A DNA stretch of 64,000 bases from Candidatus Eiseniibacteriota bacterium (GTDB taxonomy: Bacteria > Eisenbacteria > RBG-16-71-46). The stretch lies in NCBI GenBank assembly GCA_963744995.1, contig CAVUWA010000011.1, positions 352,001 to 416,000 on the forward strand, given 5' to 3'. A model generated the notes under the pieces. It was given only the letters and a program-made list of their open reading frames with translations. It did not search any database and had not been told where the DNA came from. The position numbers were made by a program, and so were the translations under genes. Numbering within the stretch: the stretch's first letter is position 1; each line of letters begins with the position of its first letter. Positions 17,507 through 26,413 of this stretch are shown in pieces.

Positions 17507-19335
17507 GCCTCGAAGCCGAAACGCTCCGGCGCCTCGGCGATCAGCCGCACTGCGAGGATCTTCGGCACGTAGTTGCGCGTCTCCTCAGGCAGCATGTTGT
17601 GCTCGACGAGGTACCAGTACTTCCGGGTCGCGGGCAGCATCGGGTCGTCGATCTTCTGCTTGGCGCGGTCGATCGCACCGGGGCCGCGATTGTAGGACGC
17701 CAGCACCAGCATGAAGTACTCGGGCCCCTGATCGCGCAGCAGCTTCGCGATGTAATCCGCCCCCGCCGCGGTGGATTTGTCCACGTCGGTGCGCTGGTCG
17801 TTCGCCAGGTGCTGCGGGTCAACCCTGAGGCCCAGCTCGCGCGCCGTCGCCGGCATCAGCTGCCAGAGCCCCACGGCCCCGACGGGGCTGCGCGCCATGG
17901 GGTTCAGTGCGCTCTCGACCCAGGTGACGTAGCAGAACGCCTCGGGCAGGTGGCGCGACTCGAGGATGCGGCGGATCCTGGGCTGCAGCGTTTTCGCGCG
18001 ATCGAGCATGGTGCGCATGAGGCGCGGATGGCGCTCGAAGCCGTCGACGAACTTCCACACCTGTTCGGTGAACCCCGGCGGCACGTGCGGGTCCTGGCCG
18101 AGCTCCGCGGCGTAACGTGAGAGCTGGTGCTCGACGTACTCGCGGTTGGTGAGCGTCGCCAGCCGCGCTTCGCTGGCCTCGACCGTGGCCGGATCGAGCG
18201 CGGTGGCGAAGTCGAATTCGCGTTCGTCGGGCGGCAGGCGTCGCGCGATGTCGCGGAAGAACTGCTGTGGCTGTCTCAGCGTCGCGCCCGGCGGCGCGAG
18301 GTCGGACAGCAGCAGCAGGTCCGCCGCGTGCAGGAGGTGGGTGCGGGCGATGTCGAGATCGCCCGCGCGCGAGGCTTCGATACCGCTCCGGACGCTCTCG
18401 AGCGCCTGGCGCTGAACGCGCGCGGCCATCTCGCGCACCTGCGTGCGTTCGCGCATCGAGTCGGCGAGCTGCCCGACGCCGAACACCAGGCCGGCGACGC
18501 CGGCGAGGATCGCCATCGCGACACCGATCCGCTCCCACGCGACGCGGCGCGTGCGGATCACGCGATAGGCGGCGTCGCCGAAGACCACCGTGTCGCCGTC
18601 CAGCAGCTCTTCACGCAGAACGCGCGCGTCGTTCACGAGCGTGCCGTTGCGGCTCTTCAGGTCGCTCACGTAGAGCCGGCCGTGCGAACGGTCGAGGCGC
18701 GCGTGCATGCGCGACACCGACTCGTCGTCGATCGAGAGCCCGGCCCCGGGATCGCGGCCGACGGTGGTGGCCGACTTGCGCAGCGCGATGCCGCCCGCGC
18801 CCGGATCGGCGGGCTCGAGCCACCACTCGACGCGTTCGAGCAGGCCGGCGAGGCCGCGCCCGGGGGCGGCCTCGCCGGCGGGCGATGCCGCCGGGCGTTG
18901 CCCTGCAGGTGCCGGTTCGCGCGCCTCTCCCGGCCCGCGCGTGCGCACGGGGCCGGTCGTCGCCACGTCGCGCACCGGCTCGCCGCGCTTCACCGTGCGC
19001 TGCTGGAGGCGCACGCCTGCGGCCGGCGCCGGGTCCGCGTCCCGGGCCGCGGGTTCGAGCAGCACGACCGTCACCTCGGGGCCGATGCCGATCGTGTCGC
19101 CCGCCTCGATCCGCGCCGATTCGACCCGCGCGTCGTTCACGAACGTGCCGTTGCTGCTGCCGAGGTCGCGCACCGTCCACGCGCCGCCCGCGCGCACGAG
19201 CTCGGCGTGCTCGCGCGAGACGCCGCGGCCGGCGAGCACCACGTCGCACGTGTCGAGGCGCCCGAGCCGCACGTGCTCGCCCCGCACCTCGACCTCGCGG
19301 GTGCCGCCCTCGTCGGAGATCCGCAGGCGGGTCAT
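17497..19335 (-). CDS. FHA-FHA-TM-lytic transglycosylase (SLT/MltD-like)
   Basis: Two FHA domains (GR..SREH..NG and GR..SRMH..NG); TM; VES, GAVGLWQLMPATA, ASYNRG, ETRNYVPK; ATGA overlap with the upstream gene. Confidence 0.9.
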   Translation of the reverse strand: MTRLRISDEGGTREVEVRGEHVRLGRLDTCDVVLAGRGVSREHAELVRAGGAWTVRDLGSSNGTFVNDARVESARIEAGDTIGIGPEVTVVLLEPAARDADPAPAAGVRLQQRTVKRGEPVRDVATTGPVRTRGPGEAREPAPAGQRPAASPAGEAAPGRGLAGLLERVEWWLEPADPGAGGIALRKSATTVGRDPGAGLSIDDESVSRMHARLDRSHGRLYVSDLKSRNGTLVNDARVLREELLDGDTVVFGDAAYRVIRTRRVAWERIGVAMAILAGVAGLVFGVGQLADSMRERTQVREMAARVQRQALESVRSGIEASRAGDLDIARTHLLHAADLLLLSDLAPPGATLRQPQQFFRDIARRLPPDEREFDFATALDPATVEASEARLATLTNREYVEHQLSRYAAELGQDPHVPPGFTEQVWKFVDGFERHPRLMRTMLDRAKTLQPRIRRILESRHLPEAFCYVTWVESALNPMARSPVGAVGLWQLMPATARELGLRVDPQHLANDQRTDVDKSTAAGADYIAKLLRDQGPEYFMLVLASYNRGPGAIDRAKQKIDDPMLPATRKYWYLVEHNMLPEETRNYVPKILAVRLIAEAPERFGFEAWQ

Positions 19336-19847
19336 GCGCCGGAAACCGGCAGCTTCACGCGCAGTGCGGTGCCGCCGGCCTGAATGACGTCGCCTTCCTG
19401 GAGGATGTGGCGCTCGACGCGCTGTCCGTTCACGTAGGTGCCGTTGGTCGAGCCGAGGTCGCGCAGCACCACGGCAGCCGTGCCGGCCTCGAGCGCGAAG
19501 TGGTCGCGCGACATGCCCGGCTCGGCCAGCGTGACGGTCTCGAAACCCGGCTCGGCCTTCGGCGCCCGGCCGAACTTCCAGCGGCCCGCTTTGATGTCGA
19601 GCGTGCGGCCGGCATCGGCGCCCTGGCTGACGGCGAGCTGGGCGACCCAGTCGGGCGGCGCTGCGGGAGGCGCTTTGGCGCGCACCGGGGCCGCGCCCAG
19701 GATGACGGTGGCATCGGCCATGTCGCGCCCCGCGACTTCGTCGCGCGCTTCGCGGCCGGTGCACCGCGGGCAGGTGCGCCAGGTCATCTGCATGACGTGG
19801 CCCTCGGGGCAGTGCTTGAGGACCTTGGGTCCCGTTCCGAACACCAT
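19332..19847 (-). CDS. Zinc-ribbon + FHA domain protein
   Basis: CPEGH...CPRC at the N-terminus; FHA motifs FGR, SRDH, DLGSTNGTYVNG. Confidence 0.9.
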   Translation of the reverse strand: MVFGTGPKVLKHCPEGHVMQMTWRTCPRCTGREARDEVAGRDMADATVILGAAPVRAKAPPAAPPDWVAQLAVSQGADAGRTLDIKAGRWKFGRAPKAEPGFETVTLAEPGMSRDHFALEAGTAAVVLRDLGSTNGTYVNGQRVERHILQEGDVIQAGGTALRVKLPVSGA

Positions 19848-20024
19848 GGAACGCGCAAGTTACCACGCGGCGCGCCGATGGCCGAGTGCGCGCCGGGACC
19901 CGGGCGGCGGGCCCTGGGGGGCCTTGCGATGCGCCGGACGGGTGCTGCGCTGGCGCCGGCTCCCGCTCCCGCTCGAAGCCGGGCGCGGTCCGGGGAGGTG
20001 CATGCCATGCATGGACGATTCTTC

Positions 20025-20060
20025 GCGGGAGCGCGGGAGCGCGGGAGCGCGGGAGCGCGG
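20025..20060. repeat. Short tandem repeat (GCGGGAGC)x4.5
   Basis: Directly visible in intergenic sequence. Confidence 0.8.
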
Positions 20061-20191
20061 GGCGCCGGGCGCTCGCGCCGCGTGCGTCGCGCCGGCGCTG
20101 GACGCCGGGGTCGTACCGTCCACCGCCGGGCAGGCCGTGTCCGCGCCGTCGCGTGCCCGTCGCCTGCCGCAGCCGAAGCGCTGGCGACCGC

Positions 20192-20929
20192 TCAGGCCCC
20201 GAGCCTGGGCAGGAACCGCCCCGTGCGCGCGAGATAGGCGCGATAGGGTTCGCCGAAATGCGCCTCGAGCAGCGCCTCCTCGCGCCGCGCCCGCAGCGTT
20301 TCGGCGAGCCACATGAGCGCGACCAGCGGCCAGGCGAGCATGCTGCGAAACACCAGCACGCCGCCGAGCGTCGCGAGCATGGCGCCCAGATAGCCCGGGT
20401 GGCGCACGCGCGCGTAGAGCCCGCCGGTCTCGAGCGCGTGCGCGCGCTGCAGGGCGATGCGCGGCGAGAAGCGCGCGCCGAGGCGGAGCATCGCGGCGAT
20501 GCGCACGGCCAGACCGAGCGCCGAGATCGCCACGCCCGCCCAGGTGATCGCGACGGCGAGCGCCGCAGGCATCGCGTGCCAGGGCTGGTCGAGGAGGCGC
20601 AGCCGTTCGCCGAGCGCCGACACCGGTGTCGCCGCGAGCGGCACCACGAACAGCAGCAGCATCACGAGCGGCAGGTCGGCGCGGGACTCCACCACGTCCT
20701 GGCGGCCGACCGGACGCAGCGCAGCGAGTGCGAAGTTGCCCGCCGTCCATACCGCCAGCAGCGCGAGCGCGGGCAGGTGCACGAGCAGCGCCCCGACGCT
20801 GCCGAGCGCCAGCGCGAGCAACGCGCCCTCGAGCAGCAGGCCGAGCAGCGCGAACAGCAGCGCGCGCGCCATGGAGGGCGGCGCTTCGGGCGCCGCGGCG
20901 GGGCGGTCGGAACCGGACGGGGTGGCCAC
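20192..20929 (-). CDS. Isoprenylcysteine carboxyl methyltransferase (ICMT/PEMT) family membrane protein
   Basis: LGARFS, GLYARVRHPGYLG, EEALL..HFGEPYRAY..RT.RFLP. Confidence 0.88.
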   Translation of the reverse strand: MATPSGSDRPAAAPEAPPSMARALLFALLGLLLEGALLALALGSVGALLVHLPALALLAVWTAGNFALAALRPVGRQDVVESRADLPLVMLLLFVVPLAATPVSALGERLRLLDQPWHAMPAALAVAITWAGVAISALGLAVRIAAMLRLGARFSPRIALQRAHALETGGLYARVRHPGYLGAMLATLGGVLVFRSMLAWPLVALMWLAETLRARREEALLEAHFGEPYRAYLARTGRFLPRLGA

Positions 20930-21172
20930 GGCGCGAATCTAGCCCGGGCCGTTCTCGCACCGCCAGCCGCAATGCGCGCGCCGCGCGCGGCGAACCGGCC
21001 CGCCGGCCGGTGCGGCGGAATGCTTGGCGCGCCGCCGGCCCCGTTGTAGCGTGCGCTCGCCGACCCACGGATCGAACGGCGGCCCCGCCGGGAGCTTCGC
21101 GCGCCGCAGCCTCCGGGCGTGCGCGGACGACGGGGCGGGGGCGTCGTCGTTCGACGAACGCAGGAGCGCCCC

Positions 21173-21676
21173 ATGCTGTTCGGGATACCGCTGCATCCGG
21201 TGATCGTCCACACGCCGATCGCGCTGATCGTGATCTCTCTGCTGTTCGAGCTCGTCGGCCGCGCGACCGACCTCGACTGGTGGCGCAAGGGCGCGTTTGC
21301 GATGCTGATCGTCGGCGTCATCGGCGCCGGCGCCGCGGTGCTCAGCGGCAACGCCTCCGAGGAGGCCGCCGAGCATCAGGGCGTGCCCGAGCACGCCATC
21401 GAGGAGCACCAGGAAGCGGGGCTGCTCACGCTGTGGCTGGGCGTCGCCGCCGTGCTGGCGCGCGCGCTGGCCGCGCGGCAGGGACCTGCGCGCGGCGCGA
21501 TCGGCGCGCTCGCGCTCGTCGCCCACCTGCTCACGGTGGGCGCGGTCGCAGTCGCGGGCTACCGCGGCGGCGACCTGGTCTACGGCCACGGCGCCGGCGT
21601 GCACGTCGAACAGCAGCGGGGCGCGGCGCACGAGGAGGGCGGTGGGCGCGGCGGCGGCGATCACGACCGGGACTGA
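21173..21676 (+). CDS. DUF2231-family membrane protein
   Basis: PLHPVIVHTPI, IEEH, GYRGGDLVYGHGAGV; AGGAG RBS. Confidence 0.85.
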   Translation: MLFGIPLHPVIVHTPIALIVISLLFELVGRATDLDWWRKGAFAMLIVGVIGAGAAVLSGNASEEAAEHQGVPEHAIEEHQEAGLLTLWLGVAAVLARALAARQGPARGAIGALALVAHLLTVGAVAVAGYRGGDLVYGHGAGVHVEQQRGAAHEEGGGRGGGDHDRD

Positions 21677-21754
21677 GCGCGGCCGGCGGACACACGAACG
21701 CGGCGCGGGGATCGAGGCCCCGCGCCGCGTTCGCGTGTTCCCGTTCGTGGGGAT

Positions 21755-23059
21755 CTACGGTTCTTCGACGAACAGCAGCTCGTGCTTCTGCCAGTCGATC
21801 GTCACCGCCTTGCCGGTGAAGAAATCGTTCGAGATCAGCGCGTCGCGGCGCACGCCGTGCCGCCACAGCTCGGACGACGACAGCGCCCCCTGCCAGCCGG
21901 GGACGTTGCTCTCGGCGACCGGGCCGACCTGCACCGACGGCACCGTCACCGGCGCCCACGGCACGCCCTGGAGGAACTGGCCGGCGCCTTTGACGAGCTT
22001 CGCCACCGCACCGGGCCGGACGCCGATCTCTTCCATCACCTCGCGCGGTGCGCCGACGCCGCAGTGCGGCACGCCGCTCTGCACCACCATCGCCATGCGG
22101 CGTCCGCCGGCGAGCGAGCCGTAAACCGTGAGCTCGCTCTCGCCCCAGATCTCGAACGGCACCGCGAGCGCGTTCGGCGGGCGCCGGTACGAGGCGGGAT
22201 CGCGGCGCAAAATCAGGTGCTGCTTCTCGAAGTCGAGGGTCGGCGTGAAGTGGCGCAGCAGGTTCAGGCCGATCACGCCCGCAACGCGCTCACCGTGCGG
22301 GTTCACCTCCAGGCTCCAGCGCCTGAGCGACAGGATGCCCGCCGGCACGTTGCGGATCTCCAGATCGCCGAGCTGGATACGCTGCACCATCGCATTGCGC
22401 ACCGCCTGCCTGGAGCCCGACCAGAACGTGAGCGCGTCGTAGGCCATCGGCTGGATCTTCGCGAGCCGCGCCGCGGAGTCGTCGATCAGTAGATCGGACG
22501 CGCCGGTGTCCACCGCCATGAGCATCACGCGGCCGTTGAGCCGCACCCGCACCAGCGGGATCGGGTAGGCGCGGCGGAAGCGCAGATCGATCACCGGCTT
22601 CGAGTCGGACATCTGGTACGTCCCGCCGTCGGCCATGCGCCGCAGCATCTCCTCGCGGCCGGGCTGGCCGACCGCATCGGCCAGCTCCGCTGCCGCGCCG
22701 TACTGGCCGGCGCGGACGCGTGCCGCGAACAGGTCGCCGACCGCGGTGTCGTCGATCTTCGCCGCGCGCTCGAGCAGCGGCAGCGCCGTGTCGAGGTCGT
22801 TGCGGAACAACGCGATCTTGCCGAGCCCGGCGAGCGCCACCGGATCCTCGGCGTCGAGCTCGAGCGCGTGCTCCATCACCACCTTCGCGTCGTCCATGCG
22901 ACCCAGGCGCAGCAACGAGATGCCCAGCGAGTCCAGCAGCACCGGCTCGTCGGGATGGTGCAGGGTGTCCCGGATCGCCGCGCGCAGCAGCATCTGCGCC
23001 TCGCGGTAGCTCGGGTCGGGCTGCAGCCACTCGGCGCGCGCGGGCGCTGCCGTCAGCAC
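21755..23059 (-). CDS. TPR + retropepsin-like aspartyl protease domain protein (5' end possibly frameshifted)
   Basis: TPR repeats; VDTGAS and GVIGLNLL motifs; second lobe has QSG. Confidence 0.8.
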   Translation of the reverse strand: MLTAAPARAEWLQPDPSYREAQMLLRAAIRDTLHHPDEPVLLDSLGISLLRLGRMDDAKVVMEHALELDAEDPVALAGLGKIALFRNDLDTALPLLERAAKIDDTAVGDLFAARVRAGQYGAAAELADAVGQPGREEMLRRMADGGTYQMSDSKPVIDLRFRRAYPIPLVRVRLNGRVMLMAVDTGASDLLIDDSAARLAKIQPMAYDALTFWSGSRQAVRNAMVQRIQLGDLEIRNVPAGILSLRRWSLEVNPHGERVAGVIGLNLLRHFTPTLDFEKQHLILRRDPASYRRPPNALAVPFEIWGESELTVYGSLAGGRRMAMVVQSGVPHCGVGAPREVMEEIGVRPGAVAKLVKGAGQFLQGVPWAPVTVPSVQVGPVAESNVPGWQGALSSSELWRHGVRRDALISNDFFTGKAVTIDWQKHELLFVEEP

Positions 23060-23198
23060 GGCGCCGGCAGGCGATCACCAGCGCGCATGACGGCCGCGGC
23101 GGCGCCGAACGGCGCTCGCCCGCGCGGGGTCGGGTGCGCGGGCGCCGCGGATCGGTGCGTGAGATTCGCGTCCATGCGTGAGGCGTCCTTCCTTCGGT

Positions 23199-24374
23199 TC
23201 ATGCGCGTTCGAGAAACTTCTGCGCGGTGCGCATCAGCACATCGGCGCCGATCTTGAGCGACTGCTCGTCGACGTCGAACTTCGGATGATGGTGGCCCCA
23301 GATCAGGTTGCGCGCCGCGTTGCGCGAGCCGACCGCGATGAAGCAGCCCGGCACCGCGCGCAGGAAGTCCGAGAAGTCCTCGCCGCCCATGGTCTGGATG
23401 TCGGTGACCACGTTCTCCTCGCCGACGATCTCGACGGCGGCCTGCCGCGCGATCTCGGCCATGTCGGGATCGTTCACCGTCGGCCGGTTGTGACGCGTGT
23501 ACTGGATGTCGGCCGTGCAGCCCATGGCGTCGGCGACGCCCTTCACGATTCTTTCGAAGCGCTCGGGCAGTTCCTTCCAGACCGTGTCGTCGAACATGCG
23601 CACGGTGCCGTTCATCCACGCGGTCTCGGGGATGATGTTGAACGCCGAGCCGGCTCGCACCTGGGTCACGCTCACCACCACGCTCGCGAGCGGGTCGATG
23701 CCGCGGCTCGCGATCGTCTGCAGCGCACCGATCACGTGCGCGAGCGCGACCACCGGATCGAGGCCCGCCTGGGGCATCGCCGCGTGCGCGCCCTTGCCGC
23801 GCAGCGTGACCGTGAACTCGTCCACCGCCGCCATGAACGGCCCCGGCGTCACCCCGACCTTGCCGAGGTCCAGGTCCTGCCAGACGTGCAGGCCGAACGC
23901 GGCATCGGGCCTGGGATCCTTCAGCACGCCATCGGCGATCATCGCCTCGGCGCCGCCGCCGCACTCTTCCGCCGGCTGGAACACCAGCTTCACGCGGCCC
24001 TTCATCGAAGGCGCCGCGTCTTTCAGGCGCCGCGAGAGGTTGAGCAGGATGGACGTGTGGCAGTCGTGTCCGCACGCGTGCATCTTGCCGTCGGTCTGCG
24101 AGCGGTACTCGACCTCGTTCTCCTCGAAGATCGGCAGCGCGTCCATGTCGGCACGCAGCAGCACGGTCTTCCCGGGCTGCGCGCCTTCGATCATCGCGAC
24201 GACTCCGGTCCTGCCGACGCCGCTCTTCGGGCTGAGCCCGAGCGCCGTCAGACGCTCGGCGACGATCCCCGACGTGCGCACTTCCTCGAACGCCAGCTCC
24301 GGGTGCGCGTGCAGGTCGCGGCGGGTCGCGACCATCTCCTCGAGATCGGTTTCGGTGGTGACGGGCGGGTTCAT
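23199..24374 (-). CDS. M20D family amidohydrolase
   Basis: RRDLHAHPEL, LRADMDALP, MHACGHD, FQPAEE, GGEDF, HHPKFD; GAGGAG RBS. Confidence 0.95.
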   Translation of the reverse strand: MNPPVTTETDLEEMVATRRDLHAHPELAFEEVRTSGIVAERLTALGLSPKSGVGRTGVVAMIEGAQPGKTVLLRADMDALPIFEENEVEYRSQTDGKMHACGHDCHTSILLNLSRRLKDAAPSMKGRVKLVFQPAEECGGGAEAMIADGVLKDPRPDAAFGLHVWQDLDLGKVGVTPGPFMAAVDEFTVTLRGKGAHAAMPQAGLDPVVALAHVIGALQTIASRGIDPLASVVVSVTQVRAGSAFNIIPETAWMNGTVRMFDDTVWKELPERFERIVKGVADAMGCTADIQYTRHNRPTVNDPDMAEIARQAAVEIVGEENVVTDIQTMGGEDFSDFLRAVPGCFIAVGSRNAARNLIWGHHHPKFDVDEQSLKIGADVLMRTAQKFLERA

Positions 24375-24605
24375 GGCGGTGGCTCCTCGAAAGGTGAAGT
24401 GCGCCCGGAGCGGCGGGAGCCGGGCGCTGCGTGATCGGCGGAAGAGTACCGCACCGCGCGGGCGGCCGTCAGTTCTCGGTCGTGTGGTCGAACCCCGCAG
24501 GGCGCCGCGCGAGCCGCGCACCCGGGGCCGCGCGCGCGCGAAACGGCCGGTGCGCGGGGCTTGCGCGCCCGCGCACCGGCCGTTCGCAACCGCTCCGCGC
24601 GGTGG

Positions 24606-26234
24606 CTACTGTCCGCCGGCCCCCGTCGTATCGCCCGGCGCCGGGGTCGATTCGGGCATCGGCGTGGTGGTCGAGTCGGGCATCGGTGTGCCGGTCGAGT
24701 CCGGCTTCGGGGCTGCGGTCGTGTCCGGCATCGCCTCGTTCTCCTTCAGCAGCCGCCGGCGCTCGACCTCGCGCTTCAGCACGTCCTTGTTGAGCACCAC
24801 GAACTCGACGCGGCGGTTCTTCGCCATGTTGAGGTCGGTGGTGTTCGGCGCGACCGGCCGCGATTCACCGTAGCCCTTCACCGTGAACTGCTCCGGCTTG
24901 AGGTCCGGGTGTTTCTGCAGCAGGTAGTCGTACACGGCCTGCGCGCGCTGCTGGCTCAGGCGCTGGTTGTAGCCCGCCGAGCCGCGCGAGTCGGTGTGGC
25001 CGCCGATCTCGATTCTGAGCTCCGGCCACTTCTTGAGGACCGTCGCGACGATGTCGAGCGTGGGGTACGACTCCGGCAGGATGTCGGCCTTGCCGGTCTC
25101 GAAGTTGATGTTCTCGATCCGGATCATGCCGGTGTCGAGCAGCTCGGTCTCCTTCTCGACCACTTCGATCGGGCAGCCGTGGGCGTCGACCTTGAGACCC
25201 GGCGAGGTGTCCGGGCACTGGTCGATGCCGTCCACGACGCCGTCGCCGTCCTGGTCGTTCGGGCAGCCCTTCTCGTCGACCGACGCGCCCTTCGGGGTGT
25301 TTTCGCACTGGTCGATCCCGTCGAAGACGCCGTCGCCGTCGGAGTCGATCGGGCAGCCCTTCTCGTCCACCTTCGCGCCCTTCGGCGTGTCGGCGCACTG
25401 GTCCAGCCCATCGCAGACGCCGTCGCCGTCGGAATCCACGGAGCAACCGGTCGCATCCACCACGCAGCCCGCGGGGGTGCCCGGGCACTTGTCGAGGCCG
25501 TCGAACACCTTGTCGCCGTCGGTGTCGAGCGGACAGCCGTTGGCGTCCACGGTCGCGCCGAGCGGCGTGTCGGGGCACTTGTCGTGGCGATCGGAGACGC
25601 CGTCGCCGTCGGTGTCGCGGCCCCTCGCGCCGAGCGCGAGCGTGATGCCGCCGCCAAGCACCATGTAGTGCAGGTTCGGGTCGTCCGAGTTCTTCGGGAT
25701 CCAGGTGATGCTGCGCGCTTCGAGCCGCACGCCGATCATGTCGGTGAGCCACAGCCGCACGCCGCCGCCCGCTTCGACCACGCCCTGGTCGAAGTCGTCG
25801 CCGTTGTTCGGCTTGATGCGCGCGCCGCCGAAACCGCCGAACAGGTAGGGCCCGCCGTAGCGGCCCTGCCACGGCGTCAGCATGATGTCGGCCGAAGCGT
25901 GCATGAAGTCGATGTCGCCGCCGCCCACCGTGTCTTCGGTGGTCGGCGTGAAGCCGGCCGCGACCTCGAGGCCGAGCCAGCTGGTGTACTGCCAGCCGAG
26001 CCGTGCGCCGAGGTAGAGGTCGTCGGTGAGCGTGCGCCCGCTGATCGCGGCGGTCGCCGAGTCGGCGTTCGGGCTGGTGCGCAGGCCGTTCAGGTACTGC
26101 AGGTTGTTGTCGAAGATCGTGTAGCCCGCGAAGGGCGTGAGCGTGAAATACGATCCGACCGGGTCCGCCAGCGCCGGCTGCGTCGCGACGAGCGCGGCCA
26201 GCGCCACGAGTGCCAACCGAATGCGTGGCTGCAT
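24606..26234 (-). CDS. OmpA family protein (beta-barrel + 5 TSP3 Ca-binding repeats + OmpA-C)
   Basis: Signal peptide; DxDGDG repeats; INFETG, GHTDSRG, LSQQRA, NRRVEF. Confidence 0.95.
   Translation of the reverse strand: MQPRIRLALVALAALVATQPALADPVGSYFTLTPFAGYTIFDNNLQYLNGLRTSPNADSATAAISGRTLTDDLYLGARLGWQYTSWLGLEVAAGFTPTTEDTVGGGDIDFMHASADIMLTPWQGRYGGPYLFGGFGGARIKPNNGDDFDQGVVEAGGGVRLWLTDMIGVRLEARSITWIPKNSDDPNLHYMVLGGGITLALGARGRDTDGDGVSDRHDKCPDTPLGATVDANGCPLDTDGDKVFDGLDKCPGTPAGCVVDATGCSVDSDGDGVCDGLDQCADTPKGAKVDEKGCPIDSDGDGVFDGIDQCENTPKGASVDEKGCPNDQDGDGVVDGIDQCPDTSPGLKVDAHGCPIEVVEKETELLDTGMIRIENINFETGKADILPESYPTLDIVATVLKKWPELRIEIGGHTDSRGSAGYNQRLSQQRAQAVYDYLLQKHPDLKPEQFTVKGYGESRPVAPNTTDLNMAKNRRVEFVVLNKDVLKREVERRRLLKENEAMPDTTAAPKPDSTGTPMPDSTTTPMPESTPAPGDTTGAGGQ
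25171..25617 (-). repeat. Five 30-aa thrombospondin type-3-like repeats
   Basis: DxDGDGVxDxxDxCPxTPxGxxVDxxGCP repeated five times. Confidence 0.9.
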
Positions 26235-26413
26235 GCTTCCTCCTTGGCTGAAGCCCCGGTCAGATCGTCAGGGCTCGAAAGTCTTCCTGGTCGGCAGGGC
26301 CGAATCGCCGGGACGATAGCGGCGGGGTCTGCCGCTGGCAAGCTCCGGCTCGGTCGCCGGCGCGCCCCGGCGCGGACGCGGGCCCGCGGCTGAAGCGCCT
26401 TGCCCCGATGCGG

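Noticed and set aside
20025..20060. 8-bp tandem repeat as a possible CRISPR or iteron array
   Set aside because: There are no spacers, it is too short, and no cas or rep genes are present. It is a simple repeat.
24606..26234. OmpA as the peptidoglycan anchor (TagL-like) of the TssJKLM locus
   Set aside because: It is separated by unrelated genes and has the ordinary barrel-TSP3-OmpA architecture, so nothing links it to the locus.
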